NCBI GenBank assembly: GCA_964595975.1
Contig: CAZQTL010000001.1
Span: 3,164 to 67,163, forward strand
Source: an uncultured Thermoanaerobaculia bacterium
GTDB lineage: Bacteria > Acidobacteriota > Thermoanaerobaculia > Multivoradales > JAGPDF01
Direction of reading: 5' to 3'
DNA: 64,000 bases
Below the pieces are notes generated by a model. It had not been told where the DNA came from. It did not search any database and worked only from the letters and a program-made list of their open reading frames with translations. A program made the translations under genes and the position numbers. This document shows positions 1 to 9,355 of the stretch, piece after piece. The stretch's first letter is position 1, and every line of letters starts with the position of its first letter.

Positions 1-495
1 GATCAGCTTGCGGCGCTCCTGCGGCTTGCCGGAGAGGATGAGGCCGATCTTGCCCTGCTCGATCACGGAGTAGGCGCGGATGCCCAGGCCGGTGTCCATG
101 AGCAGGTCCTTGATCTCCTTGAGGCGGACCGTCTTGCCGTTCAGGCGGTACTGCGACTCGCCGCTGCGGAAGACGCGGCGGGCGATCGTCACCCGGCCGT
201 CCTCGCCGAGGCCGGCGCCGGCGAAGCTCTCGTCGGCGAGGAAGGAGAGCGTCACCTCGCCCATGCCGAGGGGCTTCCGCTTCTCGGAGCCGTTGAAAAT
301 GACGTCTTCCATCGTGTCGCCGCGCATCGACTTCGCGCTCTGTTCGCCGAGGACCCAGGTAATGGCGTCCGAGAGGTTCGACTTGCCGCAGCCGTTCGGT
401 CCGACGATGCCGGTGATGCCGCCGGCAAAGAGGACGTGAACAGGGTCGACGAAGGACTTGAAGCCAGAGACATCGAGGCGTTCGAGCTTGAGCAT
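1..495 (-). CDS. smc: SMC chromosome segregation ATPase, N-terminal fragment (gene continues past the window start)
   Basis: Reverse translation from the ATG at 495 gives MLKLERLDVSGFKSFVDPVHVLFAGGITGIVGPNGCGKSNLSDAITWVLGEQSAKSMRG... This contains Walker A GPNGCGKSN and the typical SMC head N-terminus. The frame stays open to position 1. It is absent from the ORF track because it is truncated. Confidence 0.9.
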   Translation of the reverse strand, partial: MLKLERLDVSGFKSFVDPVHVLFAGGITGIVGPNGCGKSNLSDAITWVLGEQSAKSMRGDTMEDVIFNGSEKRKPLGMGEVTLSFLADESFAGAGLGEDGRVTIARRVFRSGESQYRLNGKTVRLKEIKDLLMDTGLGIRAYSVIEQGKIGLILSGKPQERRKLI

Positions 496-579
496 TCCGG
501 AATCCCCAGAGAAGGGAGCGAAGCTAGCAGAGGCGAGCGCTAGGACACAACCTGTAGGGGTATTCTATGGAAAATACAG

Positions 580-1446
580 CTAGATATGGGTGTTTTGCCC
601 GGAATGGGCGCCCCTTTCCCGGCGGTGCTGCAGGTAGGCGAGGGCGCCGCTCGCGGCCAGCAGGAGGCCGAAGATGCAGACGATCGTCGGCCCGGTCGGC
701 AGATCCATGCTCTCCCACTGGGTCGAGATCAGGAGGCCGGCGACACCGGCGGTCAGGGCGACTGCCCAGCCGATGGCCAGGCGCACGGCGGTTCGGGCGG
801 AGAGCAGCGCTCCGCAAACCGCCGGGACGATGAGGTAGGAGAAGACCAGGTAGACCCCGGCGATGCGGACGAAGCTGGTCACCACCAGTCCGAAGGTGGC
901 GTAGAAGAGAAAATCCCAGAATCGGACGCTGATCCCCTGGCGCTCGGCTTCGTCGAGGTCGAAGGAGACCAGGTGGAACCGGCGGCGCAGCGCGAAGTGA
1001 AAGCAGCCGACGGCGGCGAAAAGGCCGATGGTGCGCAGCACTTCGCTGGCAGAGACCAGCAGGATGTTGCCGACCAGCAGGTTCTTGATCTCTTCGTCGC
1101 CCGCCGCCGTGCGCGACAGCACGAGCGTCGCCGCGGCCGCGGCGACGATGTAGAGGATGCCGATGATCGCCTCCTGCGGCACCCGCGGATGGCGGAATCG
1201 GGTGAGCGAGAAGAGCGCGGCGCCGGCGAGGGTGAAGGCGATCGCCAGGGCGTAGGGGAGCGAGCTGTGGTCGGGGTCGGCCCCGAGGAGGATCGCGGTG
1301 GCGATGCCGAGCGCCGCGATCTGCGCCAGGGCGAGGTCGACGAAGATGATGCCGCGGCCGACGACGTGCAGGCCGAAGTAGACCAGCATCGCCGGCAGGA
1401 CGACGAGCGCAACGAGGGGCCAGAGCCACAGTGTCAGGAGTTCCAT
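580..1446 (-). CDS. Metal ABC transporter permease (ABC-3 / ZnuB-MntB-TroCD family)
   Basis: 288 aa and hydrophobic almost throughout, with about 8 spans and the family-typical layout. Its start lies 10 nt downstream of the substrate-binding protein gene. Confidence 0.8.
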   Translation of the reverse strand: MELLTLWLWPLVALVVLPAMLVYFGLHVVGRGIIFVDLALAQIAALGIATAILLGADPDHSSLPYALAIAFTLAGAALFSLTRFRHPRVPQEAIIGILYIVAAAAATLVLSRTAAGDEEIKNLLVGNILLVSASEVLRTIGLFAAVGCFHFALRRRFHLVSFDLDEAERQGISVRFWDFLFYATFGLVVTSFVRIAGVYLVFSYLIVPAVCGALLSARTAVRLAIGWAVALTAGVAGLLISTQWESMDLPTGPTIVCIFGLLLAASGALAYLQHRRERGAHSGQNTHI

Positions 1447-1456
1447 GTCCGCCTCC

Positions 1457-2380
1457 TCAGGGCTTCGCTGCGAGGGCCTGCGCGATGCGCTTGACGTTGG
1501 TGTCGATCAGGTCGATGTAGGTCGCGGTCCCGGGCAGGGCGCCGGGAAACTGACAGACGTCGACCACCTGGGCGCCGTTGTGCGCGGCGACCGACTCGGC
1601 GGTCTTGCGGGGCTGGTAGGGCTCGAGCAGGAGCACGCGGATGTTCTGGGCCGCCATCTTCTCGATGACCTCCGCGAGGTGCGGGGGGGAAGGCGGTATG
1701 CCCGGCTTGGGCTCGAGAAAGGTGTTGGCTTCGAGGCCGAACCGGCGGCAGAAGTACCGCCAGGTGGGGTGGTAGGTGACGATCTGGCGTCCCCGGAACG
1801 GCGCCAGCGCCGCGGTCCACTCCTGCATCTTGGCGGTGAGCGCTCCGTCGAAGGTCGCCAGGTTCGCTTCGAAGGTGGCCTTGCCCGCAGCGTCGAGGGC
1901 GGTGAAGACGCGCGCCAGGTGCGCAGCGACGATTCTGGCGTTCTCCGGGTCGAGCATGAAATGCGGGTTGCCGGCGATGTGGGTGTCGCCCTGCGAACGG
2001 TCGGCGGTCGCCGGAATATCGACCAGCTGGATGCCCTCGGAAGCGACGACGTGACCGGGCGCGCCGGGGAGGATCCTGGCGTTCCGGGCGCCGTCGAGCA
2101 GGGGCGGCAGCCAGCCGACCTCGAGCTCGGCGCCCCCTTCGATCAGCACGTCGGCGCGGTTCATCGCCACGATCTGGCTGGGGCGGGCGTCGACGAAGTG
2201 GGGATCCTCGGTGGGTTTGGCGATCGTCGTGACCTCGACTCGGTCGCCGCCGACAGCGGTGGCGAGCGCGGCGTACTCCGACGTCGTGGCGACGACGCGG
2301 AGCGCCGCCCCGGCGTCGGCCGGTGCGATGCCCGAGGCGAGAGCGAGGAGAAGCGACGGAAGCAGGTACCGTTTGCGCAT
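1457..2380 (-). CDS. Metal (Zn/Mn-type) ABC transporter substrate-binding protein (ZnuA/TroA family)
   Basis: Signal peptide MRKRYLLPSLLLALASGIAPADA. His-containing motifs typical of cluster A-I binding proteins are present (EDPHFVDARPS, GNPHFMLDP, VTYHPTWRYF). It sits next to the permease gene. Confidence 0.85.
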   Translation of the reverse strand: MRKRYLLPSLLLALASGIAPADAGAALRVVATTSEYAALATAVGGDRVEVTTIAKPTEDPHFVDARPSQIVAMNRADVLIEGGAELEVGWLPPLLDGARNARILPGAPGHVVASEGIQLVDIPATADRSQGDTHIAGNPHFMLDPENARIVAAHLARVFTALDAAGKATFEANLATFDGALTAKMQEWTAALAPFRGRQIVTYHPTWRYFCRRFGLEANTFLEPKPGIPPSPPHLAEVIEKMAAQNIRVLLLEPYQPRKTAESVAAHNGAQVVDVCQFPGALPGTATYIDLIDTNVKRIAQALAAKP

Positions 2381-2393
2381 CGGAGGCCTCGTT

Positions 2394-3815
2394 TCAGAAC
2401 TTGTGCGCCGAATGGGCGCCGAGCAGGAACTCGAGCTGCAGCCAGAGGGAGTGCTCGTCGGCGGCGAAGGCGTCGCCGTGGTCGAAGTTGTACTGCAGGC
2501 GGAGCTTCGAGTATTCGGTGGGGAACCAGGTCAGCACCGGCGACAGGCGAAAGCGGTGGGCGAGGCCCGAAGCATCGGGCCCTGACGCATCGCCGGCCGG
2601 GGTTCCGGTGTCGCCGCCGACGCTGTCGGCGCGGATCCCGGCGACGAAGCCCGGTTTGAAGCCCCAGTTGACCTGCAGGTAGCCGCCCCAGTCGTCGAAG
2701 GAGGCAGCGCCCGGCGCGCCGGCGTCGGACGGAGCCGCCGAAGTGTCGGCGAAGAGGTCGCGATACATCAGCTCGCCTTGCACCTTGACGAACGGAAACC
2801 CCTTGAACGCGTTCGGTGCCTTCCACTTCCAGAACCCGTCGACGCCGTAGATGCGCGTCCTGCCGTCGGTGCCCGTGCCGTTCGGACCCAGCGCCGCCGA
2901 GGCCCCGACCAGCAGCGTCTGGGTGTCGCTGAGGTCGAAGGACGCCGCATAGCGCGGCACCAGCAGAAGGTCGGAGACGGTCTTGACGTCGCGATCGACG
3001 AGCTCGCGGCCGAAGAGGGTCTCGCCGGGAACGCCGCGAAAGCTCGACAACGTCTCCCCCTGGCTGTTCTGCAGCGTCAGGAAGGCCTCCGAGTAGAAAT
3101 CCGTCGGCAGGAGCCAGGAGAGGCGAGCGCCGACGGATCGCAGCCCGTCGGGTCCGAAGAAGCGACCGTTCACCAGCGGCTGGTCGACGAAGTCCCAGGA
3201 GTGCGGATGGCTCGGGTTGAGCCGGCCGAACTCGGTGAAGAACTGTCCGGCCTTGAGCTGCAGGCCGTGCGGCAGCGAGGTCGTCGTCGCGTACGCCTCC
3301 TCCAGCTCGACGACCGATTCGCCCTCCGGGGAGATCTGCAGGACGACGTTGGCCTGGCCGCGGAAGTAGGGATCGACCGCCCCCTCGAGGACGAGCTCCA
3401 GGTTCTGGACGGTGAATCCGCGCTGCGACGGGTCGTGCCCGCCCGGCTCGAGCGCCGGAACGTCGGTGGCGGTCGTGGCGCCGGCCGCGACCAGTCCGTC
3501 GAGCGAGAGATTCAGGAAGTTCTTGCCGCCGGCGCCCGAGACGATGGTGAGAGGCGCCGGGGCTGCCGGGGCCGGTACCTCGGCGGCCACGGCTGGCGGC
3601 GGCGCAGGTCCTGCCGCTGATGCGGAAGGGGCGCCGGCCGGAGACGCGAGAGAGGCGAGCTTCGCCTCCAGGGCGGCGAGGCGCGCTTCGTAGTCGGAGC
3701 GCAGGCGGGCGATCTCCTGGCGCAGCTGGCTGACGGCTTCATCGTCGGCGGCGATCGCCGGTGGCGAAAGCAGGACGGCGAACGCCGCCGCCGCGAGTAG
3801 GGCTCTTGCTTGCAT
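2394..3815 (-). CDS. Outer-membrane beta-barrel protein (porin-like) with an N-terminal coiled coil
   Basis: Start chosen at MQARALLAAAAFAVLLSPPAIA (signal peptide), with GAGGAG 7 nt upstream. The ORF track extends it to 3875. A heptad-like segment (AVSQLRQEIARLRSDYEARLAALEAKLASL) is followed by alternating-polarity strands, and the protein ends in ...GAHSAHKF with a terminal Phe typical of OM barrels. Confidence 0.6.
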   Translation of the reverse strand: MQARALLAAAAFAVLLSPPAIAADDEAVSQLRQEIARLRSDYEARLAALEAKLASLASPAGAPSASAAGPAPPPAVAAEVPAPAAPAPLTIVSGAGGKNFLNLSLDGLVAAGATTATDVPALEPGGHDPSQRGFTVQNLELVLEGAVDPYFRGQANVVLQISPEGESVVELEEAYATTTSLPHGLQLKAGQFFTEFGRLNPSHPHSWDFVDQPLVNGRFFGPDGLRSVGARLSWLLPTDFYSEAFLTLQNSQGETLSSFRGVPGETLFGRELVDRDVKTVSDLLLVPRYAASFDLSDTQTLLVGASAALGPNGTGTDGRTRIYGVDGFWKWKAPNAFKGFPFVKVQGELMYRDLFADTSAAPSDAGAPGAASFDDWGGYLQVNWGFKPGFVAGIRADSVGGDTGTPAGDASGPDASGLAHRFRLSPVLTWFPTEYSKLRLQYNFDHGDAFAADEHSLWLQLEFLLGAHSAHKF

Positions 3816-3912
3816 CGAATTCTCCTCTGCGCTGCCCGGCGGGCGAAGCGCGGTGAACGGTGGATGTCCAGGCACCGGCGCGGCGCGCCGGAGCCGGAGG
3901 CAGCGGAACCGT

Positions 3913-4296
3913 TCAGACGGCCGGAGGGCCGCGGGGCGAGGCGGAAGAGGGGAGGGTGGTGAACGGCGGCAGGAGCTGGGCAGACCGCTCCAGCTGGCGA
4001 AACGCCGCCGGCGCGGCGGGTCCGGTCAGGGTCGAGTGCACCCCGCGGCTCTGCGCCTGCAGGGTGCAGGTCGCGCAGGCTGGCTCCCGCAGCTCCTCCG
4101 ACCGGTCGAAGTGGTGGGGGATCCGCGGGTGCGCCGCCGCCGTGGCGACGAGGCCGCCCACTTCGATGGCGCGATGGTGGTTGGCGAGGTTGTGCAGCTC
4201 GAGCGCACCGCTCGCGCTGAGCAGCAGGCACAGGAGTATCGCCGCCTGGCGGAGAAGCCCGCTGGCTGGGCGGGGAACGCTGGCGATGGAGGACAT
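3913..4296 (-). CDS. Small secreted His/Cys-rich protein (hypothetical; possible metal-binding)
   Basis: The internal ATG at 4296, 7 nt after the upstream stop codon, gives MSSIASVPRPASGLLRQAAILLCLLLSASGA (signal-like). The mature part has 7 His in about 55 aa (HNLANHH, AAHPRIPHHF, GVH) and a CATC pair. The longer track ORF (to 4437) overlaps the upstream gene. Confidence 0.45.
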   Translation of the reverse strand: MSSIASVPRPASGLLRQAAILLCLLLSASGALELHNLANHHRAIEVGGLVATAAAHPRIPHHFDRSEELREPACATCTLQAQSRGVHSTLTGPAAPAAFRQLERSAQLLPPFTTLPSSASPRGPPAV

Positions 4297-4303
4297 CGAG
4301 CGC

Positions 4304-4915
4304 TCAGCTCCGGCGCAGGTTCTGCTGAAAGTCCTGGAAGTAGAAGCCGGCCCAGAGGATGAACGGCAGCGCCAGCTTGAAGGGCAGGTCGAGCAGATGC
4401 TTGCCGAAGCCCCAGAGATTCTGGGCGACCGGTCCATAGTGCTCGTTGCTCCAGGCGCCGAGCTGGGTCGAATAGACGAACTTCACCAGAAAAAAGACTA
4501 TCAGGATGTGAAAGACCACCGACACGAGCAGCGCCCAGCCGAGGTTCTCGACCCGGCGCCGGCGCTCGATTCCGGGCACGGCGAGGAAGAGCGCGACGGT
4601 CAGGATGAGGTTGAAATGCAGGTCGGTGATGCGGAATCGGTAGACGAAGCCGTCCTTGCCCGACAGGTCGCTGCGGGTCACCAGAACCTGGTGGGTATCC
4701 TGGACGTAGAGCCGCGTCACCGCCGGAAACTCCCCCGCCCGGCTGAGGCGCTCGCCGGCGAGGGCGAGAAACCGGTTGTAGAAGGGGGTGAAGATCACCC
4801 ATACGGCGACGGCCGGCAGGAGCCAGAGGAGGAGATTCCGGACGAGCCGTCCCGCCCACGATCCGGACACCGGTCGATTGCTGGTCGGACCTGCCATGCG
4901 CGGCGGCTGGCGCAC
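4304..4915 (-). CDS. Polytopic membrane protein adjacent to the exosortase (function unknown)
   Basis: 203 aa with 4-5 hydrophobic spans (LLLWLLPAVAVWVIF, LILTVALFLAV, WALLVSVVFHILIVFFLV, LALPFILWAGFYF). Only 1 nt separates its start from the exosortase stop codon. Confidence 0.55.
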   Translation of the reverse strand: MRQPPRMAGPTSNRPVSGSWAGRLVRNLLLWLLPAVAVWVIFTPFYNRFLALAGERLSRAGEFPAVTRLYVQDTHQVLVTRSDLSGKDGFVYRFRITDLHFNLILTVALFLAVPGIERRRRVENLGWALLVSVVFHILIVFFLVKFVYSTQLGAWSNEHYGPVAQNLWGFGKHLLDLPFKLALPFILWAGFYFQDFQQNLRRS

Positions 4916-4916
4916 C

Positions 4917-5501
4917 CTAGATCGACGGAGAGTTTCGCGGCTCGCTGGAGCCGCCGGGCGCTGCGCCGGAGAACCGGTTGGCCCAGAGGATCCACAACAG
5001 GACGCCCGAGAGAATCACCACGGTCTGCCAGATGACCGTGTGCGAGCTGTCGAACAGCTTGGGCAGGTACACACCGGTGAGGAACAGCGCCACCACCCGA
5101 ATGAGGTTGACCAGCTGGATGGCGAGGAACCCCAGTCCCACTCCGAGGAGGCGGGACTTCCAGGGCGCCGGAAAGGCGAGTACGGCGGCGAAGTAGATGA
5201 GCATCGCTTCGACCCCGTTGCAGCCGTTGCGGATGTTGACCGCGAAGCGCCCGCTGCGGATGATCGTGCCGCTCATCGTCGTCTGCTGACCGAGCAGGTT
5301 GAGTGTCGCGCCCCCGGCGCGCGCGATGGCTGCGGTGAACGGCTCGATGACGCGGTCGTTGACCGGATTCCAGGAGATGAGCGTGAAGCTCGCGCCGAGA
5401 ATCGCGACGAACAGGATCAGAAAGCCGAGCTCGCGTCGGTAACGCCGCCAGGCAGATTCAGGCGGTGCGCCGGGCGGTTGGGGGGAGGAAGGGGCTTGCA
5501 T
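4917..5501 (-). CDS. Exosortase/archaeosortase-family transpeptidase, short form
   Basis: 194 aa polytopic membrane protein. It carries the family's Cys, Arg and His signature positions: NIRNGCNGVEAMLIYF, QLVNLIRVVALFLTG and DSSHTVIWQTVV. Confidence 0.65.
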   Translation of the reverse strand: MQAPSSPQPPGAPPESAWRRYRRELGFLILFVAILGASFTLISWNPVNDRVIEPFTAAIARAGGATLNLLGQQTTMSGTIIRSGRFAVNIRNGCNGVEAMLIYFAAVLAFPAPWKSRLLGVGLGFLAIQLVNLIRVVALFLTGVYLPKLFDSSHTVIWQTVVILSGVLLWILWANRFSGAAPGGSSEPRNSPSI

Positions 5502-5589
5502 CGGTAGAGTCCCCCTGCGCGAGGGGGAGTGAGCCTACGACGCGGCGGCCGCGCTGTCCAGAATGCGCCTGCGGGCGCCGGGTGCTCAA

Positions 5590-5619
5590 TTGACAACCCC
5601 GGCGACCGGGCCATACCAT
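5590..5619 (+). promoter_or_regulatory. Candidate sigma70-type promoter upstream of pyrR
   Basis: TTGACA at 5590-5595, then a 17-18 nt spacer, then ATACCA/TACCAT at 5613-5619, about 30 nt before the TTG start of pyrR. This is a pattern match only. Confidence 0.25.
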
Positions 5620-5650
5620 CCCATCGCTCGATCACTCCGGTACTCTCGAC

Positions 5651-6205
5651 TTGTCCCTCGTCACCAAAGCGACCATCCTCGACGCCGCCGAGATGCGTCG
5701 CATCGTCCGCCGCATGGCCGGCGAGCTGGTGGAGGCCGAAAGCCGGCTGGAAGACCTGATGCTGATCGGCATCCGCACGCGCGGAGTGCCGCTCGCCGAA
5801 CAGCTGGCAGCGGACATCCTGCAGCTCGAAGGCAAGCGGGTGGCGATCGGCACGCTCGACATCACCCTCTATCGCGACGATCTTTCCCTGGTGGCGCCGA
5901 AGCCGGTGGTGCGCGAGAGCCACTTCCCGGAACCGATCGAAGATCGCATCCTGGTGCTCTGCGACGACGTGCTCTACACCGGCAGGACGGTGCGGGCGGC
6001 GCTCGACGCGCTGCTCGACTTCGGACGGCCGCGGGCGGTCCGGCTCGCCGTCCTGATCGATCGTGGCTGGCGGGAGTTCCCGATCCACGCCGATGTCGTC
6101 GGACGGAAAGTCCCGACCTCCGCCACCGAGGTGATCAAGGTCGCCTTCGAGGCCACCGACGGCGAGTCGAAAGTGCAGATTCTGGAGCGCAAGCCCGAGG
6201 CATGA
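5651..6205 (+). CDS. pyrR: Bifunctional pyrimidine operon regulator / uracil phosphoribosyltransferase
   Basis: 184 aa with a TTG start. PRTase PRPP loop [19 protein letters not shown] is present. The protein is PyrR-like end to end and is followed by pyrB and pyrC. Confidence 0.9.
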   Translation: MSLVTKATILDAAEMRRIVRRMAGELVEAESRLEDLMLIGIRTRGVPLAEQLAADILQLEGKRVAIGTLDITLYRDDLSLVAPKPVVRESHFPEPIEDRILVLCDDVLYTGRTVRAALDALLDFGRPRAVRLAVLIDRGWREFPIHADVVGRKVPTSATEVIKVAFEATDGESKVQILERKPEA

Positions 6206-7197
6206 TCTCCTCCGTCGATCGGTCCGGCGCAGGATCGCCCGACCGGGCGTCGGGGGGCGATCCGGTAACCTGGCACCGCAAGGACCTGCTGGGCATCGCC
6301 GAGCTCTCCCTGGGCGAGATCGAGCTGATTCTGGCGACCGCGGAGTCGTTCACCGAAGTCGCCCATCGCCCAGTCAAGAAGGTGCCGACCCTGCGCGGCA
6401 AGACGGTGGTCAATCTCTTCTTCGAGCCTTCGACCCGCACCCGCGTCTCGTTCGAGATCGCCGCGCAGCGGCTGTCGGCGGACGTGGTGAACTTCAGCAC
6501 CTCGAGCTCGTCGCAGACCAAGGGCGAAACGCTGCGCGATACGACGCACAACATCGCCTCGATGTTCCCCGACTTCGTCGTCGTGCGGCATGCCCATCAC
6601 GGCGTGCCGGCGATGCTGGCCCGCGAGCTCGCCTGCGGCGTGGTCAACGCCGGCGACGGATCGCACGAGCACCCGACGCAGGCGCTGCTCGACGCCATGA
6701 CCATCCGCCGTCGCAAGGGCCGGATCGCCGGCCTGACGGTGGCGCTGGTCGGCGACATTGCCCACAGCCGGGTGGCGCGCTCGAATATCCATCTGCTCAC
6801 CCGGCTCGGAGCGCGCGTCCGCGTGGCGGGACCCCGCACCATGCTGCCGGCGGCGATCGCCACCATGGGAGTCGAGGTCTGCTACTCGATCGAGGAAGCG
6901 GTCGCCGGAGCGGACGTCATCGTGATGCTCCGCCTGCAGCTCGAGCGCCAGCGCAGCGTTCTCTTCCCGAGCCTGGGGGAGTACGCCAGCCTCTTCGGGC
7001 TCAACCCCCGGCGTCTGGCGCTCGCCGCTCCGGACGTCATCGTCCTGCATCCGGGGCCGATGAACCGCGGAGTCGAGATCACCAGCGAGGTCGCCGACGG
7101 CCCGCATTCGGCGATTCTCGAGCAGGTCGGGCAAGGAGTCGCGGTGCGGATGGCGGTGCTCTACCTTCTCGCCGGCGCGCGCAGGACGGCAGCGTGA
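6202..7197 (+). CDS. pyrB: Aspartate carbamoyltransferase catalytic subunit
   Basis: The ATG at 6202 overlaps the pyrR stop (ATGA). Motifs [23 protein letters not shown] and HPGPMNRG are present. Confidence 0.92.
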   Translation: MISSVDRSGAGSPDRASGGDPVTWHRKDLLGIAELSLGEIELILATAESFTEVAHRPVKKVPTLRGKTVVNLFFEPSTRTRVSFEIAAQRLSADVVNFSTSSSSQTKGETLRDTTHNIASMFPDFVVVRHAHHGVPAMLARELACGVVNAGDGSHEHPTQALLDAMTIRRRKGRIAGLTVALVGDIAHSRVARSNIHLLTRLGARVRVAGPRTMLPAAIATMGVEVCYSIEEAVAGADVIVMLRLQLERQRSVLFPSLGEYASLFGLNPRRLALAAPDVIVLHPGPMNRGVEITSEVADGPHSAILEQVGQGVAVRMAVLYLLAGARRTAA

Positions 7198-8540
7198 AGG
7201 CGACGCTGCTCACCGGCGGGCGGCTGATCGACCCGGCGCGGGGCGTCGACGGTGCGTTCGACCTCCTGCTCAGCGACGAGGTCGTCGCGGCGGTCGGCCC
7301 GCCCGGCACTCTGCGGGACCAGGCAGCTGCGGCCGCCGGAGCGCGCGCGGGCGAGGGGCTCGAAGTCATCGAACTGGCCGGCGAGGTCGTCTGTCCGGGG
7401 TTGATCGACATCCATGTCCACCTTCGCGAGCCGGGCCAGGAGGCCAAGGAGACGGTCGCCACCGGCGTCGCCGCCGCGGTGGCCGGAGGCTTCACGCGGG
7501 TCGCCTGCATGGCGAACACGCTGCCGGCCAACGACAGCGGCTGGGTGACGAGCGTCATCGTGCGCGCGGCGGAGGTCGCAGCGCTCGCCCGGGTGCATCC
7601 GATCGGCGCGATCAGCAAGGGGCTCGAGGGCAAGGAACTGGCGCCCATGGGAGCGATGGTGGCCGCCGGGGCGGTCGCCGTCTCGGACGACGGCCGGCCG
7701 GTGTCGAACGCGGAGTTGATGCGGCGGGCGCTCGAGTATGCGCAGCACTTCGGCATCCCGGTGATCCAGCACGCGCAGGACATGGATCTGTCGGGCGACG
7801 GCGTCATGCACGAAGGGGAATGGTCGGCGCGCTCCGGCATGCCCGGGATCCCGGGTCTGGCCGAGGACGTGATGGTGGCGCGAGATCTGCTGCTCGTCGA
7901 GGAGACCGGCGGCCGCTACCACCTGGCGCACATGTCGACGGCCCGCACCACGGGCCTGCTTCGCGACGCGAAGCGGCGAGGCCTGCCGGTGACCTGCGAG
8001 GTGACTCCGCATCACCTCCTGCTCACCGACCAAGCGGTGGTCGAGGCCGGTTTCGACGCCCAGTTCAAGATGAATCCGCCGCTGCGGGCGAGCCGGGACC
8101 GCGAGGCATTGCTGGCTGCGCTGGTCGACGGCACGGTCGATGCCATCGCCAGCGATCACGCCCCCCACACATCGGACGAGAAGTGCTTCGAGTTCGAGCT
8201 CGCGCCTTTCGGCATCCTCGGCCTGGAGACGACGCTCGCGGTCTGTCTCGAGCACCTCGTGCGTCCCGGCCACCTTGCGCTCGGCCGGCTCATCGAGCTC
8301 CTGACCGCGGGCCCGGCGCGGGTCCTCGGCCTGCCCGGCGGCAACCTGGCGCCGGGCTCGCCGGCCGACGTCACGGTCATCGATCTCGAGCGCCGCTGGG
8401 CGATCGAACCGAAGCAGTTCCGCAGCAAGTCGCGCAACACGCCGTTCGGTGGCTGGCCGGTGACCGGTGCGGCAGTGCTGACGATCGTCGGCGGCAGGAC
8501 CGTCTTCCGCCTCGCGCCGGCCTCTCCGGCGGCGCCGTGA
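7194..8540 (+). CDS. pyrC: Dihydroorotase
   Basis: 448 aa with a GTG start overlapping the pyrB stop. Motifs [14 protein letters not shown], ...CEVTPHHL... and ASDHAPH (amidohydrolase metal ligands) are present. Confidence 0.9.
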   Translation: MKATLLTGGRLIDPARGVDGAFDLLLSDEVVAAVGPPGTLRDQAAAAAGARAGEGLEVIELAGEVVCPGLIDIHVHLREPGQEAKETVATGVAAAVAGGFTRVACMANTLPANDSGWVTSVIVRAAEVAALARVHPIGAISKGLEGKELAPMGAMVAAGAVAVSDDGRPVSNAELMRRALEYAQHFGIPVIQHAQDMDLSGDGVMHEGEWSARSGMPGIPGLAEDVMVARDLLLVEETGGRYHLAHMSTARTTGLLRDAKRRGLPVTCEVTPHHLLLTDQAVVEAGFDAQFKMNPPLRASRDREALLAALVDGTVDAIASDHAPHTSDEKCFEFELAPFGILGLETTLAVCLEHLVRPGHLALGRLIELLTAGPARVLGLPGGNLAPGSPADVTVIDLERRWAIEPKQFRSKSRNTPFGGWPVTGAAVLTIVGGRTVFRLAPASPAAP

Positions 8541-9355
8541 CCCATCGCGAGCTGCTCGAGGCCGGCATCGCCGCCGCGGAGGCGGGGGCCGAGGTTCTGA
8601 AGCGTTACTTCCGCAGCGGTGATCTCGAAGTGCGGACGAAGGCGCAGAACGACTTCGTCACCCAGGCCGACCACGAGAGCGAGGCCGTACTGGTGGCGGA
8701 GCTGCTGCGCCGCTTTCCGGACCACAGGATTCTTGCCGAAGAGGGGAGCCTCAACAGCGCGGCGACCGGCGACTACGAGTGGATCATCGATCCGCTCGAC
8801 GGCACGACCAACTTCCTGCAGGGCCTCCCCGTCTGGGCGGTCTCGGTCGCCTGCCGACGCGGCAGCGAGATCCTCGCCGGCGTCGTGCTCGACCCGCAGG
8901 GAGGCAACGTGTTCGCCGCTGCGCGCGGCGGCGGCGCTTTCTGGAACGGGCGCCGGATGCGGGTCTCCGACCGGCCCGCGCTGCCCGGCGCGTTTCTCGC
9001 CACCGGCTACCCGTTCCGCGCCAAGGGAGCGCTCGATATCTATCTCGAGCTCTTCCGCGGCATCTTCACCGAGGCCCGCGCCATCCGCCGCTGCGGCGCG
9101 GCGGCGCTCGACCTGGCCTATGTCGCGGCCGGCGTCTACGACGGCTTCTTCGAATTCCGCCTTTCGCCGTGGGACATCGCCGCCGGCGCCCTGTTGATCG
9201 AGCAGGCCGGTGGCGTCCTGACCGATCTGGACGGTGGCGATCGCTACCTCGTCTCCGGCAACGTCCTCGCCGGGAATCCCGGCGTCCACGCCGGCCTGCT
9301 GGCGAAGGCGCGCGAGAGGGCTTCGGAAGCGGAGCTCGACCGGCTCGTGCCGTGA
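8537..9355 (+). CDS. Inositol monophosphatase family protein (SuhB-like)
   Basis: GTG start overlapping the pyrC stop (GTGA). Motifs ILAEEG, WIIDPLDGTTNF and WDIAAG are present. Confidence 0.85.
   Translation: MTHRELLEAGIAAAEAGAEVLKRYFRSGDLEVRTKAQNDFVTQADHESEAVLVAELLRRFPDHRILAEEGSLNSAATGDYEWIIDPLDGTTNFLQGLPVWAVSVACRRGSEILAGVVLDPQGGNVFAAARGGGAFWNGRRMRVSDRPALPGAFLATGYPFRAKGALDIYLELFRGIFTEARAIRRCGAAALDLAYVAAGVYDGFFEFRLSPWDIAAGALLIEQAGGVLTDLDGGDRYLVSGNVLAGNPGVHAGLLAKARERASEAELDRLVP

Noticed and set aside
5502-5650. A PyrR-binding RNA attenuator upstream of pyrR.
   Set aside because: I looked for the conserved PyrR-binding loop (the ..UCCAGAGAGG.. type) and an alternative terminator/antiterminator. 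Only a short GC hairpin with no U-tract is present, so no regulatory RNA is claimed.
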